Assembly (NCBI GenBank): GCA_963708135.1
Contig: OY970192.1
Coordinates: 3,296,001 to 3,360,000, forward strand
Direction of reading: 5' to 3'
DNA: 64,000 bases
From: an uncultured Gemmatimonadales bacterium
Lineage (GTDB): Bacteria > Gemmatimonadota > Gemmatimonadetes > Longimicrobiales > RSA9
Shown here in pieces: positions 9,475 to 19,754 of the stretch (position 1 is its first letter; each line of letters opens with the position of its first letter). A program made the translations under genes and the position numbers. The notes beneath the pieces are model-generated. The model searched no databases, was not told the DNA's origin, and saw only the letters and a program-made list of their open reading frames with translations.

Positions 9475-10047
9475 TTAGCGCAGGGAGCTCAGCACGTAGC
9501 CGGCGGCGAAGAGGAGGGTGCAGATCGTCTTGGCATCGCGGATCTCACCATTGCGGATCATGTCGAGGGCCTCGGAGAGGCGCAGGCGGACGGGCTCGAC
9601 GAACTCGTCCTCGTCGAAGGCGGTGGTGCCGGCGGTGAGATCCGTGGCGAGGAAGAGGTGGATGGTCTCGTCGGTGAAGCCGGGGGTGGTGAGGATGGTG
9701 GTGAGGCGGGTGAGCGTGCCGGCGACGAGGCCCGTCTCCTCCTCGAGCTCCCTGCTCGCGCACGTCTCCCACGGCTCGCCGGGGCGGTCGGGGCGGCCGG
9801 CGGGGACCTCCAGCAGGTAGCCGTCGGCGGCGTAGCGGTACTGGCGGATGAGCAAGATGTGCGGATCCTCTCCCGCGGGATCGCTCAGGACCGGCAGCAC
9901 GGCGGCGGCGCCGGAGTGGCGGATCATCTCGAGCTCTCCGGTGGAGCCGTCGGGGAAGCGGACGGTGTCCACGGAGAGGTGAACGATGCGGCCGTCGTAG
10001 ACGGGCCGGCTGTCGATGCGGCCGGGCTCGCCGTTCGGTTCGGTCAC
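9475..10047 (-). CDS. NUDIX hydrolase (ADP-ribose pyrophosphatase-like)
   Basis: RQYRY, EVPAG...ASRELEEETG Nudix box, TPGFTDE; GTG overlaps the upstream stop. Confidence 0.9.
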   Translation of the reverse strand: MTEPNGEPGRIDSRPVYDGRIVHLSVDTVRFPDGSTGELEMIRHSGAAAVLPVLSDPAGEDPHILLIRQYRYAADGYLLEVPAGRPDRPGEPWETCASRELEEETGLVAGTLTRLTTILTTPGFTDETIHLFLATDLTAGTTAFDEDEFVEPVRLRLSEALDMIRNGEIRDAKTICTLLFAAGYVLSSLR

Positions 10048-11426
10048 GGTGCTGTTTCCGGGCGTTCGGGGGTGTGGACCTGGACGCTGCCGACGCCGAG
10101 CGCCTCGAGCTCGGGGCGGATGCGGCCGGCGTCGCCGACGACGACAATGGCGAGGCGGTCGGGCACGATGTGCTCGCGGGCCACGCGCACGACGTCCTCG
10201 GGGCTCACCGCGGCGATGCGCTGGCGGTACTCGGCGAAGTAGTCGTCGGGCAGGTCGTAGATGACGAGGTCGGCCAGGCGTGCGGCGAGCTGCTCGGTGG
10301 TCTGCAGCTCGAGCGGCATGATGCCGGTCAGATAGTCGCGGGCGGCGGCGACCTCGTCGTTGGAGGCGCCGTCGTCGCGAAGCCGCTTCACCTCGCGCAG
10401 CGCCTCCTCGACGGCGCGGGCGGTGACCTCGGTGGCGACGGCGGTCTGGATGACGAACGGGCCGGGGCGGCGGCGGAAGGCGAAGCCGCTGCGGACGCCG
10501 TAGGTGAAGCCGTGCTTCTCGCGCAGGCTGAGGTTGAGCCGGCTGGTGAAGGCGCCGCCGAGGATCGAGTTCATGACCAGGAGCGGGAAGTAGTCCTGGT
10601 GGTGGCGCTCGACGCCGAGATCGCCAATGCGGATCTCCGACTGCACGGAGCCGGGGCGGTCCACGATGAAGACGGTCGCGCCCTCGTGTGCGCGCGCGAC
10701 CTCGTACTCGGCGGGGGCGTGGGCGCCCGCGGCGCTCCACGCGCCGAAGCTGTCGGCGGCCAGGCGCTCGGCGGTGTCGGCGTCAATGTCGCCGACGAGG
10801 AGCAGGCTGGCCGCATCGGGGCGGTAGTGGGCACGGTAGAACGCCTCGACCTCGGCGCGGCCGAGGCGCTCGACGGCGGCGGGCGTGCCGAGCAGCGGGC
10901 GGCCGTACGGCAGGTCGCGGCCGAAGATGAAGCGGGCGGCCATGTCGCTGGCCAGGGCGCGCGGCTCCTTCGTGCGCTGGAGCAGGTCGGCCAGCTGCTC
11001 GTCGCGCAACCGCTGCACCTCGCCCTCGGGGAACGCCGGCCGCTGGAGGATCTCGGCGAAGAGGGCGAGCGCGGGCTCGAGCCGCTCGCGCGGCACGACG
11101 ATACGCACGACCGTGGCGTCCCAGCCGACCTCGACGCCGAACTGCACGCCGAGCAGCTCGAGCGCCCAGGCCAGCTGGTCCACGCTGCGCTCCAGCGTGC
11201 CCGCGTCCAGCGCGTTGGCGGTCAGGTGCGCCACGCCTCCCTGTCCCGCGGGCTCGGCGGCGGCGCCCACATCGAGCACGAGGGTGGCGGTGACGAGGGG
11301 GAGGCGGCCGTGGCGCGCGGCCAGGACGCCCATCCCGTTGTCCAGGCGGCGGCGCTCGATGGAGGGGAAGGAGAAGGGCCGCACGGCCGCGGGCGCGGGT
11401 GGCGCGGAACGGTCGAGGGCGCTCAC
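10044..11426 (-). CDS. M16B peptidase, non-catalytic subunit
   Basis: LDNGMGV, no HxxEH, ILGGAFTSRLNLSLREKHGFTYG. Confidence 0.9.
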   Translation of the reverse strand: MSALDRSAPPAPAAVRPFSFPSIERRRLDNGMGVLAARHGRLPLVTATLVLDVGAAAEPAGQGGVAHLTANALDAGTLERSVDQLAWALELLGVQFGVEVGWDATVVRIVVPRERLEPALALFAEILQRPAFPEGEVQRLRDEQLADLLQRTKEPRALASDMAARFIFGRDLPYGRPLLGTPAAVERLGRAEVEAFYRAHYRPDAASLLLVGDIDADTAERLAADSFGAWSAAGAHAPAEYEVARAHEGATVFIVDRPGSVQSEIRIGDLGVERHHQDYFPLLVMNSILGGAFTSRLNLSLREKHGFTYGVRSGFAFRRRPGPFVIQTAVATEVTARAVEEALREVKRLRDDGASNDEVAAARDYLTGIMPLELQTTEQLAARLADLVIYDLPDDYFAEYRQRIAAVSPEDVVRVAREHIVPDRLAIVVVGDAGRIRPELEALGVGSVQVHTPERPETAP

Positions 11427-12700
11427 GCGGCACCTCCGTTCTCGGGCAGGTAGCGGAGCACGGCGCGGTTGTCCGGGATGAGGAAGCGGGCGGCGAAGTC
11501 GCGCACGGCGTCGGTCGTGACGGCACGCACGCGGTCGAGCTCGGTGTTCACGCGCGCGGGATCGTCGAAGAGGCTGGTGTGCTGCGAGAGCTGGTCGGCG
11601 CGCTCGTCCACGCGCTGCAGGTCCGCGAGCTGGCGGGCCTCGATGAGGTTGACGGCGCGGGCGACGTCGTCGTCGGAGGCCTCGCGGAGCGAGTCGATCG
11701 ACTCGTGCAGCGCGTCCTCGAGCGCGTCCAGCTCCACGCCGGGGCGCGCCGTGGCCCAGAGCGCGAGCATGGCGGCGCCGACCACGATCGGGAACGCGAA
11801 CGCCTCCGCGTCCTGCGCCAGGCGCTTGCCGCGGATCAGGCGGCGCGAGAGCAGCGAGGCCTGGCCGGACGCCAGGATGTTCGCGGCGACCGTGGCCGGA
11901 TAGAAGCCGGCGTCGCCGTAGGCGGGGACCCGGTACGCCTCGTAGATGCGGGCGAGCGAGATGTCCTGGCGGACCTCGGCGCGCACCTCCTCGCCCATCG
12001 GCACGGGCACGGCGGTGGTGCCGGGGATCGGCGGCACGGGCGGGCCGGCGGGGATCTCGCCGAAGTAGCGCTCGATGAGCGAGAGAGCGCGCGCGGGCTC
12101 GATCTCGCCGCACAGCGTGAGGACCGCGTTGTTGGGGGCGTAGTAGGTGCGGAAGAACTGCTCGACGTCCTCGAGGCTGGCCGCGTCCAGGTCCTCCATG
12201 GAGCCGATGACGGAGTGGTGGTAGGGGTGCTCGGGCGGGTAGAGCATGGCCTGGAGCCGCTCGTCCCAGTCGCCGTAGGGCTGGTTGTCGACGCGCCAGC
12301 GGCGCTCGTTCTTCACCACGTCGCGCTGGTTGTCGAGCTTCTCCTGGGTCATGGCCGGCACCAGCCAGCCCATGCGGTCCGACTCGAGCCAGAGGCCGAG
12401 CTCGAGCTGGTTGGAGGGCAGCGTCTCGAAGTAGTTGGTCCGGTCCAGCCAGGTCGAGCCGTTCAGCGAACCGCCCGCCTTCTCGATGTGCGCGAAGTGC
12501 CCCGACTCCGCCACGTGCGCCGAGCCCTGGAACATCATGTGCTCGAACAGGTGCGCGAAGCCCGTGCGGCCGGGACGCTCGTTGCGCGAGCCGACTGCGT
12601 ACCAGAGGTTGATGGCCACCACCGGCGACGACGCCTCGCGCGAGAGCACCACGCGCAGGCCGTTGTCCAGCCGGTGCCGTTCGATCGGGATCTCGATCAC
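11423..12700 (-). CDS. M16B peptidase, catalytic subunit
   Basis: GFAHLFEHMMF (HxxEH), NERR. Confidence 0.93.
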   Translation of the reverse strand: MIEIPIERHRLDNGLRVVLSREASSPVVAINLWYAVGSRNERPGRTGFAHLFEHMMFQGSAHVAESGHFAHIEKAGGSLNGSTWLDRTNYFETLPSNQLELGLWLESDRMGWLVPAMTQEKLDNQRDVVKNERRWRVDNQPYGDWDERLQAMLYPPEHPYHHSVIGSMEDLDAASLEDVEQFFRTYYAPNNAVLTLCGEIEPARALSLIERYFGEIPAGPPVPPIPGTTAVPVPMGEEVRAEVRQDISLARIYEAYRVPAYGDAGFYPATVAANILASGQASLLSRRLIRGKRLAQDAEAFAFPIVVGAAMLALWATARPGVELDALEDALHESIDSLREASDDDVARAVNLIEARQLADLQRVDERADQLSQHTSLFDDPARVNTELDRVRAVTTDAVRDFAARFLIPDNRAVLRYLPENGGAA

Positions 12701-12736
12701 GCTCTGCCTCCCCTCCAGCTCACGACGCCTCCCGCT

Positions 12737-14104
12737 TCACCCCGTCTCCACCACCCGGACCGGACCGAGCCCCAGCCCCGCCAGCCCTCCCTCAACCTTC
12801 TGCAGGTCACCCGCCACCACAATGGCCAGATGCTCCGGATAGAGGTGAGAACCGGCCACCCGCGCCACATCAGCCTCCGTCACCGCCTCGACGGACTCAA
12901 CGTAGCATGCGAGATAGTCATCCTCCAGTCCGTACAGCCCGATCTCCGCGCAGCGCGCCGCCAGGTCGCCCGTCGTCTCGAGGCGCCGCGGCAGCCCCAG
13001 CGCCAGGTAGCGCCGCGCCCGCTCCAGCTCCTCGCCCGCCGGCGGCTCCTCCCTCAGGCGACGGATCTGCCGCGCGAACTCGCGCACCGCATCCTCCGTG
13101 GCGGCCGTGGACACCGCCGCGCCCGCCACGAACGGGCCGGCCCCCAGGCGGAGCTCCCAGCGAGAGTTCGCGCCGTAGGTGTAGCCCTTCTCCTCCCGCA
13201 GCACCCGGTTCAGCCGCGAGGTGAACGCGCCGCCCAGCACCGTGTTCGTCACCAGAAGCGGGAAGTAGTCCGGAGTGTTCCTCGGCACGCCGGCGTGCCC
13301 CACCCGGATCTCCGACTGCGGCGCGCCCGGGCGGTCCACCACGTATACGGCCGGGCCCCCGGGCGGCGGCGGCGGCGGGACCGGCGGCGCGGGGGCGCCG
13401 CCCCCGCGCCAGCCGCCGAACGCGCGCTCCAGCCGGGCGAGCAGGGTGTCCGGGCGGACATCCCCCGCCGCCACCAGGAAGGCGTCCTCCGGCCGGACGT
13501 GCGCGGACCAGAAGCCGTGGAGCGCCGCCCGGTCGAGGGCCGCCACGCTCTCCGGCGTCCCGTGCAGCGGCGCGCCGTACGGGTGCCGCTCGCCGTAGAT
13601 CACGCGCTGCAGCGCCTGGATGGCCAGGGTGCGCGGCTCCTCCCGCTCCTGCAGCAGCGCCGCCAGCCGCTCGTCGCGCTTGCGCGCCACGTCGGCCTCC
13701 GCGAAGGCGGGCGCGCGCACGACGTCCGCCATGAGCGCGAGCGCCGGGTCCAGCCGGCCGGCCAGGACGTGGATGGCCACGTGCGTGGCATCCCAGGAGG
13801 CGCCCGTCTCGAGCGTGGCGCCGAGCACGTCCACGGCGTCCGCGAGCTCGGTGGCCCCGCGCGCGCCGGCGCCCTCGTCGAGCAGGTCCGCGGCCAGGCT
13901 GGCGCGCCCCGCCACGCGCGGCTCGTCCGCGCCGGCCCCCACGCGCACGATCAGCTCGACGTCCACGACCGGCAGCTCGTGCCGCTCCGCCATCAGCACC
14001 TCGAGCCCGCTGGACAGGCGGTGTCGCGTGATGGCGGGCACGCGCGGCGGCGTCGCGGCGGGAGGCGGCGGGGCGGGGCGGCGGGGCGGACGGGTCGTGC
14101 TCAC
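12737..14104 (-). CDS. M16B peptidase, non-catalytic subunit
   Basis: No HxxEH; VLGGAFTSRLNRVLREEKGYTYG; GTG at 14104 overlaps the upstream stop. Confidence 0.9.
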   Translation of the reverse strand: MSTTRPPRRPAPPPPAATPPRVPAITRHRLSSGLEVLMAERHELPVVDVELIVRVGAGADEPRVAGRASLAADLLDEGAGARGATELADAVDVLGATLETGASWDATHVAIHVLAGRLDPALALMADVVRAPAFAEADVARKRDERLAALLQEREEPRTLAIQALQRVIYGERHPYGAPLHGTPESVAALDRAALHGFWSAHVRPEDAFLVAAGDVRPDTLLARLERAFGGWRGGGAPAPPVPPPPPPGGPAVYVVDRPGAPQSEIRVGHAGVPRNTPDYFPLLVTNTVLGGAFTSRLNRVLREEKGYTYGANSRWELRLGAGPFVAGAAVSTAATEDAVREFARQIRRLREEPPAGEELERARRYLALGLPRRLETTGDLAARCAEIGLYGLEDDYLACYVESVEAVTEADVARVAGSHLYPEHLAIVVAGDLQKVEGGLAGLGLGPVRVVETG

Positions 14105-15390
14105 GCGGCCGCCAGCTCCCGCCGCCCCTCGGGCACGACGCTCAGCGCCACGGCGGGCGCGGCCGCGACGTAGCGCGCCAGCGCAGCGCGCAGGTCGTCG
14201 GGCTCGAGGGCGAGGTAGCGGGCCAGGTCTCGCTCGGCGTACCCGGCGTCGCCCGTGTAGTAGGCGTAGTGGTTGAGCCGGTCGGCCTTGCCGCCGAAGC
14301 CGCCCACGTGCTGGAGCGCGTCCACGAACTCGGTCTCGATCCGGTTGCGCGCCCGCTCCAGCTCGCGCGCCGCGGGGCCCTCCTCCGCCAGCGCCGCGAG
14401 CGTGGCGCGCACCTCCGGCTCGATCCGCTCCAGCGGCACGTCCGGCCGGGCGGTGACGACCACCATGAAGCTCGAGCCGAGCAGCCCCGCGTCCTGGAAG
14501 GCGCTCACGTCCTGCGCCACCTGCCGCTCGTAGACGAGCGAGCGGTAGAGGCGGGAGGCCTTGCCCTGCGCCAGCACCGCGGCCGCCGCCTCGAGCGCCG
14601 CATCGCCCGGGGCGTACTGCGCGGGCGAGTGCCACGCCAGGTAGAGCCGCGGCAGCCGCACGCGGTCCTCCAGCACCAGCCGGCGCTCGGCGTCCAGCGC
14701 GGCGGCGGGGACGCTCACCCCGGGCACCGCGGGGCCACGCGGGATGTCCGCGAAGGCGGCCTCGACGAGCCGCTCGACGTCCGCGCCATCCACATCGCCG
14801 GCCACGGCCAGGCTGGCGTTGCTCGGGGCATAGTAGGTCCGGAAGAAGGCGCGCACATCGGCCAGGGTGGCGGCCTCGAGGTCGGCCATCCTGCCGATGG
14901 TCGGCCAGTGGTACGGGTGGTCGGGCGGGTAGAGCGCGGCCAGCAGCGTCTCGAAGGCGAGGCCGTAGGGGCGGTTCTCGTAGCTCTGGCGACGCTCGTT
15001 CATGACCACGTCGCGCTGCGCATCCAGCGTCTCCTGCGTCATGCTCAGCCAGCCCATGCGGTCCGACTCGAGCCAGAGCGCCAGCTCCAGCGCGCCCGGC
15101 GGCACCGTCTCCCAGTAGTTCGTCCGGTCCGGCGTGGTCGAGCCGTTGTTCACGCCGCCGGCCGCCTCCAGCAGCCGGTCGAAGACCCCCGGCGGCGCGT
15201 TGGCCGACCCCTCGAACATGAGGTGCTCGAACAGGTGCGCGAAGCCGGTCCGCCCGGGCCGCTCGTCCTTCGAGCCGACGTGGTACCAGAGGTTGACCGC
15301 GACCAGGGGCGCCGAGCGGTCCTCGTGCACCAGGAGCCGCAGCCCGTTGGCGAGCGTCCGCTCCGAGTGCGCGATCCCCGGGCCCGTCAT
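14101..15390 (-). CDS. M16B peptidase, catalytic subunit
   Basis: GFAHLFEHLMF, NERRQSYENRPYG. Confidence 0.93.
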   Translation of the reverse strand: MTGPGIAHSERTLANGLRLLVHEDRSAPLVAVNLWYHVGSKDERPGRTGFAHLFEHLMFEGSANAPPGVFDRLLEAAGGVNNGSTTPDRTNYWETVPPGALELALWLESDRMGWLSMTQETLDAQRDVVMNERRQSYENRPYGLAFETLLAALYPPDHPYHWPTIGRMADLEAATLADVRAFFRTYYAPSNASLAVAGDVDGADVERLVEAAFADIPRGPAVPGVSVPAAALDAERRLVLEDRVRLPRLYLAWHSPAQYAPGDAALEAAAAVLAQGKASRLYRSLVYERQVAQDVSAFQDAGLLGSSFMVVVTARPDVPLERIEPEVRATLAALAEEGPAARELERARNRIETEFVDALQHVGGFGGKADRLNHYAYYTGDAGYAERDLARYLALEPDDLRAALARYVAAAPAVALSVVPEGRRELAAA

Positions 15391-16001
15391 TTCCCCCCCA
15401 GCAGCGCGGTGGCCGGAAAGAGCAGGCTCTCGCGCAGCACGTACCGCCAGCGTATCCCCGGCGCCGCCTCGATCCGGCTCGTGGGCGTGGCCGCCGCGTA
15501 CGGCAGCAGCCCCGCCCGCAGCGCGAGCAGCTCGGCGCGGAGCATGTGGAACGGATCGCTCACCAGCAGCACCCGGCGCAGGCCGAGGGCCCGCAGGAGC
15601 GCCGCCGCGTCCACCACCGACTGCGCCGAGGTGACCCCGCGCCGCTCCACCAGGATCGCGCCCTCCGGCACGCCCGCCGCGCGCGCGTAGCGCCGGCCGA
15701 CCTCGGCTTCGCTCAGCGTGTCGTGGCGGCCGACGCCGCCGGTCAGGAGCAGGCGGGGCGCCCAGCCGGCGCGGTAGAGCGCGATGCCGTGGTCGAGCCG
15801 GGCCTTGAGCACCGGCGACGGGTGGCCGTTGTACTGCGCGGCGCCGAGGACGAGGATGGCGTCGGCCCGGCGGGGGGCGCGCGGCAGGCCGGCCAGCAGG
15901 ACGAGGCCCAGCGTCGCCAGCCAGAGCGTGGCCACGCAGGCCGCGGTCAGCAGCGCGATCCGCACGGCGGAGTGCCGGGCGCCGGGCGGCGCGGCGTGCA
16001 C
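15387..16001 (-). CDS. YdcF/DUF218 family protein
   Basis: ADAILVLGAA, LLLTGG, SEA, VSDPFHMLRA, RES. Confidence 0.88.
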   Translation of the reverse strand: MHAAPPGARHSAVRIALLTAACVATLWLATLGLVLLAGLPRAPRRADAILVLGAAQYNGHPSPVLKARLDHGIALYRAGWAPRLLLTGGVGRHDTLSEAEVGRRYARAAGVPEGAILVERRGVTSAQSVVDAAALLRALGLRRVLLVSDPFHMLRAELLALRAGLLPYAAATPTSRIEAAPGIRWRYVLRESLLFPATALLGGK

Positions 16002-16023
16002 GGATCCATTCCCCGGCCGGCCA

Positions 16024-16866
16024 TCAGAGCGGCTGCGTCAGCCGCTCGTGGAGGATGGACGGGCCGATCTCCTCGCGCAGCATGGCCGCGGCGGCCTCGG
16101 GCCCGGAGAGGATGCGCTCGTCCGCCTCGCGCCACATCTCGACATCGCTCCCCTCGACGGCGTACTCGGCGCGCGCGAGCGCGGTCTGCGCCGCCTCGTC
16201 CCATCCCTGCGCCGCGGCGGCCAGCGCGGCCAGGAGCTGCGCCTCCGCGTCGTCGGCGCGGGTCTCCGAGGCCTCCACGAGCATCTCGGCCGCCTCCTCC
16301 GCGCGGCCGAGGTCGACGTAGACGAGGCCGAGCAGCACGCGCGTCCACGAGTCGTCGGGCGCCAGCGCGAGCGTGGTTTCCATCTCGTCCGCCCCGCCGG
16401 CAAGGTCGCCCTTGAGCGCCAGCGCCACGGCCAGCTCGCCGTGCACCACCGGGTCGTCCGGCTCCAGCCTGACCGCCGCGCGCAGGTGCTCCAGCGCGTC
16501 GTCGAAGAGCCCCTCCCGCGCCAGGTACGCCCCGTACTGGAGGCGAGTGATGGCCAGCTCGGGCCCCGCGAGCGCCGCCGCCCGCAGCGTCGGCTCGGCA
16601 TCCGGGTCGTCGAAGGCCGCCAGCCCCGCGCCGGCCACCGCCAGCAGCTGCGGGTCCGCCGGAGCCTGCGCCACGGCGCTCTTGAAGTACTCGTACGCCG
16701 CGCCGTCGTTGCCGACCTCGCGCTCCGCCACGCCGAGCCAGACGAGCAGGTAGGGCTCGTCGGGATGGTTCTGGAGCTCGCCCGCGAGCAGGCGGGCCAT
16801 CTCCTCCCAGCGCCCCTCGTCGCCCAGCGCCAGCGCCTCCTTCAGTACGGCCTCGAGATCCGCCAT
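16024..16866 (-). CDS. Tetratricopeptide repeat protein
   Basis: Repeated helical TPR-like units ending in P-D-D. Confidence 0.8.
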   Translation of the reverse strand: MADLEAVLKEALALGDEGRWEEMARLLAGELQNHPDEPYLLVWLGVAEREVGNDGAAYEYFKSAVAQAPADPQLLAVAGAGLAAFDDPDAEPTLRAAALAGPELAITRLQYGAYLAREGLFDDALEHLRAAVRLEPDDPVVHGELAVALALKGDLAGGADEMETTLALAPDDSWTRVLLGLVYVDLGRAEEAAEMLVEASETRADDAEAQLLAALAAAAQGWDEAAQTALARAEYAVEGSDVEMWREADERILSGPEAAAAMLREEIGPSILHERLTQPL

Positions 16867-16876
16867 GGGCCGCTCC

Positions 16877-18085
16877 TCAGGCGCCGAACTTGGCCAGGCG
16901 GCCCGCGTGCGCGAGCGCCAGCGTCATGAGGTGCATGGAGCGGAAGATGCCGAGCTCCCCCCGCCGGCACGCGGTCTCGCCGAAGCCGTCCTGCCCGCGC
17001 GAGCGCGTCCAGCGCGAGGCGAGCAGCAGCGGCACCGGGTGCCACGAGTGCGAGCGCATCGGTGCCGGCGTCGAATGGTCGCCCGTCACCACCAGCACGT
17101 CCGGCTCGAGCGCCGTGATCCCCGGCAGCAGGGCGTCCACCCCCTCGATCGCCGCCGACTTCGCCGGCGCATCCCCGTCCTCGCCTCGCGAGTCGATCGC
17201 CTTGAAGTGCAGGAAGAAGAAGTCGTAGTCGTTCCAGCGCTCGGCGAGCGCCTCGACGATGGCCGCATCGGACGCCGGCGGCGGCTGGATGTCCATCCCG
17301 ACCAGCCGCGCCACGCCCCGGTACATCGGGTAGCGGGCGATGGCCAGCGAGCGCAGCTGGTAGCGCTCCGCGAAGAGCGGGTAGCGCTCGTACGCGGCGA
17401 ACCCGCGCGCGAGCAGCGCGTTCGCCCGCGGCTCGTCCTGGAGCACCCGGCGCGCCTCGTCCAGGATCGACTGCACGAGCCCGCCCGAGCGGACCGCGTC
17501 GCCCGAGAGCGCGCGCACCGGCAGCGGCGGCACCCCCGTCTCCTGCGGGTCCGTGTCCGCCAGCTCCGCCGACAGCCCCGGGCCGCGCACCACCAGCACC
17601 GCGCGGTGCTCCTTCTCCGGCTCGAAGAAGACCTCGACCCCCTCCGGCGCCTCGACCCCCTCGCTCAGCCTGGAGACCAGCCGCCGGTTCTCCGCGTCCG
17701 AGGGGCGACCGGCCCGCCGATCCACGATGTTTCCGTCCTCGTCCAGCGTGGCGAAGTTCAGCCGCACCGCGATGTCGCCGTGCCTGAGATCGAAGCCGAC
17801 GCCCAGCGCCGACAACACCCCCCGTCCGATGTTCCAGCGGATCGGATCGTAGCCGAAGAGCGCCAGGTGCCCCGGCCCGCTCCCGGGCGTGACCCCCGGC
17901 CCCACCGGCTCGATCAGCCCCAGCGCCGCGCGCTCCGCCAGCGCGTCCAGGTTCGGCGACTCCGCCGCCTCCAGCTCCGTCTTCCCGCTCGCCGGGTCCG
18001 GCAGTCCGCCGAGCCCATCCATCACCAGGTACACGATCTTCGTGGTCCCCCGCTCGACCAGATCGTCCGGTATCGTGATCGCCAT
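16877..18085 (-). CDS. apgM: 2,3-bisphosphoglycerate-independent phosphoglycerate mutase (archaeal type)
   Basis: DGLGG, PGSGPGHLALFGY, TGDHSTP, HSWHPVP. Confidence 0.9.
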   Translation of the reverse strand: MAITIPDDLVERGTTKIVYLVMDGLGGLPDPASGKTELEAAESPNLDALAERAALGLIEPVGPGVTPGSGPGHLALFGYDPIRWNIGRGVLSALGVGFDLRHGDIAVRLNFATLDEDGNIVDRRAGRPSDAENRRLVSRLSEGVEAPEGVEVFFEPEKEHRAVLVVRGPGLSAELADTDPQETGVPPLPVRALSGDAVRSGGLVQSILDEARRVLQDEPRANALLARGFAAYERYPLFAERYQLRSLAIARYPMYRGVARLVGMDIQPPPASDAAIVEALAERWNDYDFFFLHFKAIDSRGEDGDAPAKSAAIEGVDALLPGITALEPDVLVVTGDHSTPAPMRSHSWHPVPLLLASRWTRSRGQDGFGETACRRGELGIFRSMHLMTLALAHAGRLAKFGA

Positions 18086-18234
18086 GCGCTTGCCTCTCCC
18101 CTGCTGACTCTCTGCCACCCGTTGTGCGCGCAACCTACCCGGGCGACGGTGCGGCCGCTACTGGCCGGGTGATCGCGAGCGCACTCCCGCGCGGGGCTCT
18201 CTCGGGCGCGCGCACATCGCGCGCCGAGACGGCC

Positions 18235-18507
18235 GGAGTGGGGGCGTGGGAGAGTGGGGGACGGGGCGGCTCCGGAGGCGCACCGCGCGCCGCCCGGACC
18301 CGAAAGCGGTCCGCGGCGTACGCGCGTTCGGCGGACGGCGACGCTGGCGCGCGCGGGTTCCGCGGACGGCGGCGCGGCGCGCGTGTTCCGGACGATGCCG
18401 ACGCCGGCGCCGGACCCGCGCGCGCCGCGCACGGCGCCGCGCCCGGAAAAGCCCGAGGGACGCCGCGAAGCCGGCCGCATCCCCCACTCCCCCACTCTCC
18501 CACTCTC
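18235..18507. repeat. Intergenic element with inverted (GGGRGAGT)n arms
   Basis: G-rich left arm at 18235-18260 and complementary right arm at 18481-18507; related to 41612-41977. Confidence 0.65.
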
Positions 18508-18562
18508 GGGACAATCCCGCTACCTTCCCGCCAGCGACCACCTCCAGCCGGAGAATGCCGAC

Positions 18563-19681
18563 ATGGGTCCGTTCAAGCCCTTCGCCATGGAGCGCTGGCA
18601 GTCCACGCACGAGAACCGCGTGGGCTTCAACCTGTCCGAGAGCGGCGTGCATCCGCTCACGCTGCGCGAGCTCCTCGACCTGGCCGGCCAGGCGACCATC
18701 GACGACACGCCGATCGGCTACGGCCAGTCGAACGGCTCCGACACCCTGCGCGAGGAGATCGCGGCCCTCTACCAGGGCGCCACGGAGGCCAACGTCGTGG
18801 TCATGAACGGCAGCGCCGAAGCCAACTTCGCCGCGGTGTGGCAGCTCGTCGAGCCCGGCGACGACGTCGCCATGGTGCTGCCGGCGTACATGCAGACCCA
18901 CGGCCTGGCCGAGATGATCGGCGCCCACGTGCACCCGATCCGGCTGCGCGAGGAAGCCGGCTGGCAGCCGGCCGAGGAGGAGATCGCGGCCGCCATCGTC
19001 GCCGGGACGAAGCTCGTCATCGTGACCAACCCCAGCAATCCGACGGGGGCCGTGCTGTCGATGCAGGCGCGGCGGGCGCTGGTGCAGGCCGCCGCGCGTA
19101 CCGGCGCCTGGATCCTGGCCGACGAGGTCTACACGGGCGCCGAGCTGTCGGGCCCGGAGACGCCCTCGCTGTGGACGGAGTACGACCGCGTCGTCGCCAC
19201 CGGTTCGCTCTCGAAGGCCTACGGCCTCCCCGGGCTGCGGGTCGGCTGGGCCGTGGCCCCGGCCGACATGGCGGCCCGTCTCTGGGCGCGCTCCGATTAC
19301 ACGACCATCTCGACCGGCGCGCTCACCGACCGCCTCGCCACGCTCGCCCTCGACCCGCTCGTCCGCCCCAGGATCCTCGACCGCACGCGCTCCATCCTAA
19401 ACCGCAGCCTGGCCGTGCTCGAGCACTGGATGGAGGAGGCCGGCGTCTTCCGGTACCGCGCCCCCGACGCGGGCGCCATCTGCTGGACCCGCTACGCCCT
19501 GCCCGTGAGCTCCAGCGAGCTGGCCGAGCGGCTGCGCGTCGAGCAGTCCGTCCTGGTCGTGCCCGGCGAGCAGTTCGGCATGGACGGCTACCTGCGCATC
19601 GGCTACGGCCTGCTCGAGGACGACCTGCGCGCCGCGCTCGACCGCGTCCGCACGACCCTCGCCGCCGTTCCCGCGGGATAG
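18563..19681 (+). CDS. Class I/II PLP-dependent aminotransferase
   Basis: NPSNPTG, ADEVY, GSLSKAYGLPGLRVGW. Confidence 0.92.
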   Translation: MGPFKPFAMERWQSTHENRVGFNLSESGVHPLTLRELLDLAGQATIDDTPIGYGQSNGSDTLREEIAALYQGATEANVVVMNGSAEANFAAVWQLVEPGDDVAMVLPAYMQTHGLAEMIGAHVHPIRLREEAGWQPAEEEIAAAIVAGTKLVIVTNPSNPTGAVLSMQARRALVQAAARTGAWILADEVYTGAELSGPETPSLWTEYDRVVATGSLSKAYGLPGLRVGWAVAPADMAARLWARSDYTTISTGALTDRLATLALDPLVRPRILDRTRSILNRSLAVLEHWMEEAGVFRYRAPDAGAICWTRYALPVSSSELAERLRVEQSVLVVPGEQFGMDGYLRIGYGLLEDDLRAALDRVRTTLAAVPAG

Positions 19682-19707
19682 ATTCCCACCCCCCCCGCCC
19701 CCAAGCG

Positions 19708-19722
19708 AGGCACGTCGCTTGC
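19708..19722 (+). promoter_or_regulatory. Candidate sigma-54 promoter
   Basis: AGGCACGTCGCTTGC (GG-N10-GC), close to the TGGCACG-N4-TTGC consensus. Confidence 0.6.
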
Positions 19723-19754
19723 CACAGAAACGGGTGGCATCGAGGAGGGGGACA

